Assembly (NCBI GenBank): GCA_947426945.1
Contig: CANEFX010000001.1
Span: 13,238-77,237 of the forward strand
From: an uncultured Bacillota bacterium
GTDB lineage: Bacteria > Bacillota > Clostridia > Oscillospirales > Oscillospiraceae
Direction: 5' to 3'
DNA length: 64,000 nucleotides
Shown here: one piece after another, positions 28,556 to 35,082 of the stretch
Position numbering within the stretch: position 1 is the first letter of the stretch
How the letters are laid out: each line of letters starts with the position of its first letter
The notes under the pieces: model-generated
What the model saw: only the letters and a program-made list of their open reading frames with translations
Databases searched by the model: none
Told to the model about the DNA's origin: nothing
Program-made: the position numbers and the translations under genes

Positions 28556-28984
28556 ATGAGCATCAAGCAGATTTCTGTTTTTCTGGAAAACAAGCCCGGG
28601 ATGCTGTGCGCCATGACTGACGTGCTGGCCCGGCACAAGGTGGATATGCGGGCCTTTACCCTGGCCGAGACCAGCGATTTCGGCATTGCCCGTATCATCG
28701 TGGACGACAGCCAGAGGACCTCCGCGGTGCTGAAGGAGGAGGGCTATGTTCACTCCGTCAGCGACGTGCTGTGCGTGGTTATTCCCGACGAGCCAGGGGG
28801 ATTGAACCGGGTTCTCCAGGTGCTGGCCGCCGCCCAGGTCAACGTAGAATATATGTATGTGTTCCTCGGCCGCGAGAAGAGCGCCTACATGATTTTTAAG
28901 GTGGCGGACAATACCGCCGCCTCCGCCGCCCTGTCTGCTCAAGGCATTCAGACGGTGGAGCAGGAGGGAATTGACAAGCTGTAA
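28556..28984 (+). CDS. ACT domain-containing protein
   Basis: 142 aa with two tandem ACT-like repeats (ISVFLENKPG..., CVVIPDEPGGL...). GGAGGA RBS. Confidence 0.8.
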   Translation: MSIKQISVFLENKPGMLCAMTDVLARHKVDMRAFTLAETSDFGIARIIVDDSQRTSAVLKEEGYVHSVSDVLCVVIPDEPGGLNRVLQVLAAAQVNVEYMYVFLGREKSAYMIFKVADNTAASAALSAQGIQTVEQEGIDKL

Positions 28985-29003
28985 AGCCGCCTGCGGACAG
29001 AAG

Positions 29004-29047
29004 AATCCCCGGCCCTGTACGAATGTATACGGGGCCGGGGATTTTTA
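29004..29047. terminator. Bidirectional terminator
   Basis: AATCCCCGGCCC ... GGGCCGGGGATT stem followed by TTTT, between convergent genes. Confidence 0.75.
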
Positions 29048-30532
29048 CCGTTTCCTCCGTCTGACAATAAAAAACAGGCTTATGCACGCCGCCAGCAGAG
29101 CGCCGGCAAGGACGGATATCTGTATCAGGAGCTGAACACGGTTGGCATTGGCGGTTCTCCGGGCCTCTGCCAGGGCTTTCTCCTCGACCCGGGCGGCTGC
29201 CTCTGCCTGGGCGCGGGCCGCCGCTTCCTCCTCCGCCCGGAGGCGGGCGGCCTCCTCGGCCTCTCTGGCTGCCTGGGCCTCCGCCTCCAGCCGTGTCCGC
29301 CGGGCGGCGTAGGTCTCTACGTGCTCGAACAGGTCGTTTCCCTCCTCGTCGGGGCCGACTCTGGTGCTGTACAGCCCGTACAGGCAGGGGGAGTAGGTCT
29401 TGATATCGGCCGCCCGGGTGACGGGCCGGGCCTTCGTTCCGCAGAGCCACTTGGAAAACCAGGTCCAGTGCTGGCTCTTGTGGCAGGCGAAACCGTCCTG
29501 GGTTATCTGGAAGGGGGTCTTGCCTCCCAGACGGTCGGAGGGGATGTCCAGATCCAGGGTGACGGGGTTTTCCTCATACAGGTGGAGGTAGAGCTTGTCC
29601 GCCGCCCAGGGCGCGCCGGCGTCGGGAAACTGCTCCGGGTCGGCGGCGGCGGCAAAGGCCTGGGTGAGAACGTCGGCGCACAGCACATGGGCGCCGTGGC
29701 CGTATTCCCCGTTCAGGTCGTGACCTACCACCACGAGGGGCCTGCATCGGCGGATGCAGCCTGTCAGGTAGGAGAGGAAATCCTCATATTCCTTCCCCGC
29801 CTCGCGGTAGACGGACAGGGCGCTGTTCAGGGCGGTCTGCCGGTCTTTGGATTCGGAATACAGGTCGGGGAAATCAGAGATGATGGGGTAATTGCGGACG
29901 CCCACCGTCCAAAGGCCATTCAGCTGCTCATGGGGCCGGGTGTGGTTCTGGTCGCCGTTGACCTCAAAGTGCTGAACAAAATAGACCACCTGCACGGCCA
30001 GTTCCCGCTCCGCAGCATAGTAGGGCAGCAGGCCGGCAAAGAATAGCTGCTCGTCGTCGGAGTGGGTGGAGACCAGCATCAGGTCGGCCTCCTCTAAAGA
30101 GGGGGCCCACACCTGGACCCAGTCGGGCAGCTCACCGGGCGAGAAGGCGTAGATTTCAGACAGGGCGGTCCCCGCCGGGAAGGAGAGGGTCAGCGTCTCG
30201 GGCGTGTCCTCCAGCAGGGCGGACACGTCCACGTACTGGTGGAGGAAGCCATTTTCCCCGCAGGTAACCTCTCCGTTCAGCGTCCATGGCTGGGGGAGGC
30301 GGTCGAAGAGGAGGTACAGCCCCGCGATCCCGCCGGGGCGGGAGGCTGTCACTGTCCCGCCCTCTCCGGCGGCGCTCCAGGTGGTCTGGCTGCCGTCCCA
30401 CAGCCGTTTGGAATTGGAAAATCCCTCCGCCGAAAAGGCGGCTCCCGTATATACCGCCTCCTCCGCGCCGGCAGGGACGGCGAGCGCGGCGCACAGGAGC
30501 AGAAAGAACGCAAAGGCCCGCAGATTTTTCAT
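29045..30532 (-). CDS. Extracytoplasmic PIG-L/LmbE family deacetylase with C-terminal coiled-coil and membrane anchor
   Basis: Signal peptide MKNLRAFAFFLLLCAALAVPAGA. PIG-L motif VSTHSDDEQLF and a later HGAH. Ala/Glu/Arg-rich coiled segment, then TM helix LLIQISVLAGALLAACISLFFIV-RRRKR. Confidence 0.75.
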   Translation of the reverse strand: MKNLRAFAFFLLLCAALAVPAGAEEAVYTGAAFSAEGFSNSKRLWDGSQTTWSAAGEGGTVTASRPGGIAGLYLLFDRLPQPWTLNGEVTCGENGFLHQYVDVSALLEDTPETLTLSFPAGTALSEIYAFSPGELPDWVQVWAPSLEEADLMLVSTHSDDEQLFFAGLLPYYAAERELAVQVVYFVQHFEVNGDQNHTRPHEQLNGLWTVGVRNYPIISDFPDLYSESKDRQTALNSALSVYREAGKEYEDFLSYLTGCIRRCRPLVVVGHDLNGEYGHGAHVLCADVLTQAFAAAADPEQFPDAGAPWAADKLYLHLYEENPVTLDLDIPSDRLGGKTPFQITQDGFACHKSQHWTWFSKWLCGTKARPVTRAADIKTYSPCLYGLYSTRVGPDEEGNDLFEHVETYAARRTRLEAEAQAAREAEEAARLRAEEEAAARAQAEAAARVEEKALAEARRTANANRVQLLIQISVLAGALLAACISLFFIVRRRKR

Positions 30533-30584
30533 GCATCTTCCCCCTTTGGCACCAATATACCACAGGACGGGAAGAAAGGCAACG

Positions 30585-32933
30585 CTAAGAGAAGGTGGGG
30601 AAAGTGACCGCGGCGGTGAACAAGTCGGCCTCGGTGGAGATGGTCAGCTCTCCGCCGCAGGCCCGGGTGAAGGAATCGGCGATGGACAGCCCCAGACCGG
30701 AGCCGCCGTCGGTGCGGCTCTCGTCCCCCCGGACAAAGCGGGCGGTGTAGTCCGCCCCCGGCTTCAGCTCGGCGGCGGAGGTGTTCCGCACACTGGCGGC
30801 GGCAGTCCTGCCCTCCACCGTCAGGGACAGGTAGACCCGGGAGCCGGGCAGGGAGTACTTCAGCGCGTTGCCGATGAGGTTCTGGAATACCCGGTACATC
30901 CGGTCGCTGTCGGCGGTGATGGGCACCTCCCCCTCGGGGATGGAGGCGCGCAGGGTCAGGCCGCTGTCCTCTATGGCCTGAGCCATGTCGGCCAGGGTCT
31001 GACGCAATAACCGAGCGTAATCAAGCCGCTCTAATTTTACAGGAAGTTGTCCCGAGGCCGCCTTGCTCACCTCAAACACGTCCTGTACCATGGACTTGAG
31101 CCGCTGTGCCTTCTCCCCCATAATCCTCACGTACTCGCTGGCCGGGGGCTCCAGGGGCTCCTGGGAGAGCAGCTCGGTGTAGCTGATGATGGAGGTCAGC
31201 GGTGTTTTCAGGTCGTGGGACACGTTGGTCACCAGCTCCACCTTCATCCGTTCGCTGCGGGTGCGCTCCTCCACCGCCTGATGGAGGCCCTGCTGAACGT
31301 GGTTCAGGTCGTCCGCCATCTGGTACAGGTCGCTGCTCTCCTGTAAGGTCAGCTCCCTTTCCAGCTCGCCCGCCCGAATGGCTGCAGCCTGATCCGCTAC
31401 CGCCCCGAAGTCGGTCCACAGCCGCCTCAGCCGCCAGAGAAATGCCACAGCCACCAGAAGCAGCAGAGCGGCGGGAGTAACGATGGTCCAGACGGCCTCC
31501 AGAGGGACATTGCTCTGAAAGCTGGAAAAGTAGACCAGGAAATCCAGGTTGACCGCCCCCAGCAGGAGCACCGTCAACGCGGTAAGACCACACGCCCGGC
31601 TCAGCCGCCTCTGGATGGGCCGCTCCAGTCCCCAGGCGGCCAGCATGGCGATGACCCCCCGTTTCCAGGGCCGCTTGTTATACCGCCAGTCATTGACGAT
31701 CAGCAGATACAGCCCCCACAGGGCGGCCAGCAGGCCAGGCGTGTGGTCGGCCAGCTCCCGCAGGTACTCCCGCAGCAGCCAGCCGCCGTTCTCCCGGAGG
31801 ACGGTCACCGCCGTATTGAAGTCGCTGGCCTGCTCAACAGCGGTTATTTGGGCGTAGCCGTACTCCTGAAGAACGGCGTCCCGCTCCTCGCCGGACAGCT
31901 GGTCCAGCCACTCCCAATCCACAGAGACGTCACCGGGAACGGCCATGGCGCTGGAGGAGCCCTGGCTGAGCTGGGGTGTGTAGGCGTAGGTCAGTTCCTG
32001 CCACACGTCCCCCAGGTACTCCGTCCGGGGCAGGAAGAAAAACACAAGCAGCAGGGCGGCCAACACCTTGACCTCGAACCAGATTTTGTCCGTACACCGG
32101 GCTACGGCCCGATCCGCCCGCCTCTTGTCCTTCCGCAGGAGGAGGTACGCCAGGAACAGGGCCAGGCCAACCCCCGTGCGGACGGCGTGACCGGTGATGT
32201 TCTCCCGGTAGGTGCTCAGATTTTGCTTTAAATAGTATAACTCGTTATACTGATTGGAGCCGGAGCTGCCATAGCTACCCTTAATGAAAATCTGCGGCTC
32301 GTCGATGACGGCCATGGTCACCTTGACCTTGCTGCCCGCCTCGTCCACGGTAAAGTTCTTATACCCGGGGACATACCACTGACAGGACTCGTCGATGCTC
32401 TCGAAGCGGTAATAGCCGTCGCCGTAGACGTCTAGCTCCTGGTTGTCCTTCCAGATACGGACCTTCTCCCCGTCGAAAAGGAGGAAGAAGCCGTAGCCCT
32501 CGGGAGGCTTGGAGTTGCTTTTGGTCGCCGCGAGAGCATCCGAGTTGCCGTAAAGGACTTTCCCTTCCTTCTCCACGCGGTAGAGGATATTTTTGTCCTC
32601 CTTCATGGACTGATGAACTGCCTGATTGCGCAGGTCGTTGATTCGGTTGCCGTCGGCGGAGTTGTCCGCGTCGCTGTAATAGCTGCCATAATACTGATAT
32701 GCCCGGCCCCCGGCTCCCATAACGATGAGCCGCTCCAGCCGGCTGGAGACAAAGCCCCGAAATTCCGCAGTGTCCCGCCAGTCGGAGGCGAAGCTGTCGG
32801 AGATCCACCGCCGGCTCCCGGAGGAGGTGAGCGCCGTGCCGAAGAACAGCGCCCCCTCCAGAAGCAGAGAGACGCCCAGCAGAAAGGCCAGAAAGCCGAT
32901 AATTGCCTTACTTTTTTTCCATTTTGTATCCAA
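30585..32933 (-). CDS. Sensor histidine kinase (large N-terminal extracytoplasmic and multi-TM region)
   Basis: 782 aa. HisKA box VSHDLKTPLTSI, HATPase N/G boxes (GNALKYS, GSGLGLSIA). Overlaps the response-regulator gene by 26 nt. Confidence 0.9.
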   Translation of the reverse strand: MDTKWKKSKAIIGFLAFLLGVSLLLEGALFFGTALTSSGSRRWISDSFASDWRDTAEFRGFVSSRLERLIVMGAGGRAYQYYGSYYSDADNSADGNRINDLRNQAVHQSMKEDKNILYRVEKEGKVLYGNSDALAATKSNSKPPEGYGFFLLFDGEKVRIWKDNQELDVYGDGYYRFESIDESCQWYVPGYKNFTVDEAGSKVKVTMAVIDEPQIFIKGSYGSSGSNQYNELYYLKQNLSTYRENITGHAVRTGVGLALFLAYLLLRKDKRRADRAVARCTDKIWFEVKVLAALLLVFFFLPRTEYLGDVWQELTYAYTPQLSQGSSSAMAVPGDVSVDWEWLDQLSGEERDAVLQEYGYAQITAVEQASDFNTAVTVLRENGGWLLREYLRELADHTPGLLAALWGLYLLIVNDWRYNKRPWKRGVIAMLAAWGLERPIQRRLSRACGLTALTVLLLGAVNLDFLVYFSSFQSNVPLEAVWTIVTPAALLLLVAVAFLWRLRRLWTDFGAVADQAAAIRAGELERELTLQESSDLYQMADDLNHVQQGLHQAVEERTRSERMKVELVTNVSHDLKTPLTSIISYTELLSQEPLEPPASEYVRIMGEKAQRLKSMVQDVFEVSKAASGQLPVKLERLDYARLLRQTLADMAQAIEDSGLTLRASIPEGEVPITADSDRMYRVFQNLIGNALKYSLPGSRVYLSLTVEGRTAAASVRNTSAAELKPGADYTARFVRGDESRTDGGSGLGLSIADSFTRACGGELTISTEADLFTAAVTFPTFS

Positions 32934-33606
32934 TGCCCCACACCACCTTTAAATAGTCTGGCTCACGAGGGTTGAGCTCAATCTTCTCCCGGATGCGCCG
33001 GATGTGGACCATCACCGTATTTTCGGAGGACCAGGCCTCCTCCCCCCACACCCGGCGGTAGATCTCCTCCGCAGGGAACACCCGGCCCAGATTGCGCATG
33101 AGCAGGTCCACAATGCCTGTCTCGATGTTGGTGAGCTTTACCGGCTCGCCGTCGGCGGTGAGCTCCCGCCTGGCCGGGTCATAGGCCAGGCGGCCGTTGA
33201 CGATTACCCCGTCCGGGACGGCGTTCACGTCCCCCAGCCGGGTGTACCGCCGCAACTGGCTACGCACCCGGGCCACCAGTTCCTGTATGCCGAAGGGCTT
33301 GGTCACATAGTCGTCCGCCCCCATGCTGAGACCCAGCACCTTGTCGCTCTCCTCGCTCTTGGCCGACAGAACGATGATGGGCAGATTCCGCCGCTCCCGG
33401 ATGCGCAGCACGGCGGACAGCCCGTCCAGACGGGGCATCATCACGTCCATAAGGATCAGCCTCAGATCTGGATCCAGTGCCAGATCTACGGCCTCCATGC
33501 CGTCATGGGCCTGAAGAACCCGCCAGCCCTCCTTCTCCAGCGCCGCGGCGACGGCCCCCGCGATCTCCCGGTCGTCGTCCACCACCAGAATGGTCTCTGT
33601 GCTCAT
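32908..33606 (-). CDS. OmpR/PhoB family response regulator
   Basis: Receiver domain (ILVVDDD...MDVMMP) plus winged-helix output domain (...VWGIGYKM). Confidence 0.92.
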   Translation of the reverse strand: MSTETILVVDDDREIAGAVAAALEKEGWRVLQAHDGMEAVDLALDPDLRLILMDVMMPRLDGLSAVLRIRERRNLPIIVLSAKSEESDKVLGLSMGADDYVTKPFGIQELVARVRSQLRRYTRLGDVNAVPDGVIVNGRLAYDPARRELTADGEPVKLTNIETGIVDLLMRNLGRVFPAEEIYRRVWGEEAWSSENTVMVHIRRIREKIELNPREPDYLKVVWGIGYKMEKK

Positions 33607-33651
33607 CAGGTTCGCTCCCTCCTCGATTGCTGGTGTCAGAATAACAGAACT

Positions 33652-33693
33652 TTCTTACAAAGCCAGTAGGATTTCTCTTACAGATTTCTTACA
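33652..33693 (-). promoter_or_regulatory. Three direct repeats T(T/C)CTTACA (TGTAAG(A/G)A on the - strand), candidate response-regulator binding sites
   Basis: Copies at 33652-33659, 33675-33682 and 33686-33693. The last two are 11 bp apart, and the first is 23 bp from the second. They lie 46-87 nt upstream of the RR start codon. Confidence 0.45.
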
Positions 33694-33839
33694 TTTTACG
33701 CCCCAGAGAGAAGAAGCGCAAGCGTGTTTCGGTCCGCCGCCCGTCTATAGAAAGGATGCTTTTGCAAGTTTGAACAAAGAATTATGCAAAACGTAAAAAT
33801 CGAGACTCAACTTTTGTTAAATAAAACGAACAAAAAACC

Positions 33840-33868
33840 TTGACAGGATTGCGTTAGTGTGGTAAATT
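33840..33868 (+). promoter_or_regulatory. Near-consensus extended -10 promoter
   Basis: TTGACA - 17 nt (ending TGG) - TAAATT. Confidence 0.7.
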
Positions 33869-33874
33869 ATAAAC

Positions 33875-34319
33875 AGAACAAGGAAGGGTGAGTCCAATGT
33901 ACAGGTAAACACCCCAGCAGTTGAAACCAGACGTCCGGTCATATTTTGTGGTAAAACGGTATCGGCCTTGAGAGGGAGCTAAGGAGAAATAAGCAGGCTT
34001 CAGGATTCTGACAGAACAGCAGATCTCCGAAGATAACGACCGGGAAGGGCGGAAGGTTTCAGCCGGCGCAGAGCGGCAGACCCAAGCGGCAAGCAGGAAG
34101 GGAATCCGACCAAAGGGCCTCACATATGAGGAGTTAGGCCGTAATAACGGTAACAAAAAGGATGGTCGTAGAAGAACCGGAGGATTGTCGAGGGGTGTGT
34201 GGCTGAGCGTATCCAATAGAAACGGAGGTAGCCATATGATGTTAGATAATAAGACAGAACAGGAATGACCCTTGACTGTAACGGATTACGAAACGGACAG
34301 TCAAGGGTCATTTCTTTTT
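33875..34319 (+). ncRNA. Candidate ~445-nt non-coding RNA of unrecognised class
   Basis: Strong promoter, stop codons in all three + frames, only low-quality ORFs on the - strand, purine-rich. Ends in a perfect 15-bp terminator followed by a second terminator. Confidence 0.55.
34265..34319 (+). terminator. Rho-independent terminator 1 of the ncRNA unit
   Basis: ATGACCCTTGACTGT / ACAGTCAAGGGTCAT perfect 15-bp stem, 17-nt loop, then TTTCTTTTT. Confidence 0.9.
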
Positions 34320-34326
34320 GTGTGTG

Positions 34327-34352
34327 AACGGCGGCAGGCCGTTTTTTCTTTT
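34327..34352 (+). terminator. Rho-independent terminator 2 (tandem)
   Basis: AACGGC-GGCAG-GCCGTT followed by TTTTCTTTT. Confidence 0.65.
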
Positions 34353-34360
34353 GTCTAATA

Positions 34361-34387
34361 TTAGCACTCGAATATATAGAGTGCTAA
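34361..34387. promoter_or_regulatory. CIRCE element (HrcA operator) upstream of hsp20
   Basis: TTAGCACTC-N9-GAGTGCTAA, a perfect match to the CIRCE consensus. Confidence 0.9.
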
Positions 34388-34495
34388 TATTTACAGTTTA
34401 GACATATTGTTTGCAAGAATTGTTCATAAGTGGGTACTATACTAAAGTCAAATTTAAGGAGGACCCCCAAAGAGGTCCGAAAGGAGTTTTGACTT

Positions 34496-34918
34496 ATGTA
34501 TATGATCCCCTATTCCAACCGCAGTTCCTCCAGCCTGATGGACCTGTTCGATGAGTTTGAGCGCAGCGTCTTTGGAGAAAACGGCCGGCGCACCCCGGCC
34601 TTCTCCACCGATATCAGGGACGAGGGCGACCACTACCTGCTGGAGGCCGAGCTGCCCGGCTTTCAGAAGGAGGATATTGACCTGGATGTGAAGGACGGCT
34701 TCCTCACCATCTCCGCCACCCACCAGGAGTCCAGCGAAACCAGGCAGAACAATTACCTGTGCAAGGAGCGCCGCAGCGGCAGCTTCAGCCGTTCCTTCAA
34801 CCTGGACGGCATTCAGGAGGAGGGAATTACCGCCTCCTACAGCAACGGCGTGCTGGAGCTGGTCCTGCCCAAGCGGCAGGAGGTTCTGCCTCAGAGCCGG
34901 AAGATTGCCATTCAGTAA
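34496..34918 (+). CDS. Hsp20/alpha-crystallin family small heat-shock protein
   Basis: 140 aa. Alpha-crystallin domain (DIRDEGDHYLLEAELPGFQKEDIDLDV..., GVLELVLPK). AAAGGAG RBS. Confidence 0.92.
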   Translation: MYMIPYSNRSSSSLMDLFDEFERSVFGENGRRTPAFSTDIRDEGDHYLLEAELPGFQKEDIDLDVKDGFLTISATHQESSETRQNNYLCKERRSGSFSRSFNLDGIQEEGITASYSNGVLELVLPKRQEVLPQSRKIAIQ

Positions 34919-34932
34919 GAGGCACTGTACAG

Positions 34933-34958
34933 GGCGGGCCAGAAGGCCCGCCTTTTTT
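34933..34958 (+). terminator. Rho-independent terminator of hsp20
   Basis: GGCGGGCC-AGAA-GGCCCGCC followed by TTTTTT. Confidence 0.85.
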
Positions 34959-34969
34959 GTGGCCAAGAA

Positions 34970-34996
34970 TTAGCACTTATAATATTTGAGTGCTAA
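34970..34996. promoter_or_regulatory. CIRCE element (HrcA operator) upstream of clpB
   Basis: TTAGCACTT-N9-GAGTGCTAA (one mismatch). The spacer contains TATAAT. Confidence 0.85.
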
Positions 34997-35082
34997 AAAT
35001 TCATAATTTATTCATCCTTTTTTTCCGGCTTCGCTTATACTGAAAGCATACCGTAGGCTTATTCCTGAAAGGAGTGTTATCT

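Noticed and set aside
33854-34311. Minus-strand ORFs of 120 aa and 63 aa inside the candidate ncRNA locus.
   Set aside because: Their composition is unprotein-like (Pro/Ser/Leu/Arg/Cys-rich) and they have no RBS. They run against the promoter/terminator polarity of the locus.
33875-34319. Possible identity of the ncRNA as RNase P RNA, tmRNA, SRP/6S RNA, or a CsrB-like GGA-rich sponge.
   Set aside because: It has no GAGGAAAGUCC/P4 elements, no tRNA-like 3' end or tag ORF, and no SRP domain IV motif. I counted ~13 GGA triplets, roughly what the purine-rich composition predicts, so there is no convincing enrichment. Class left unassigned.
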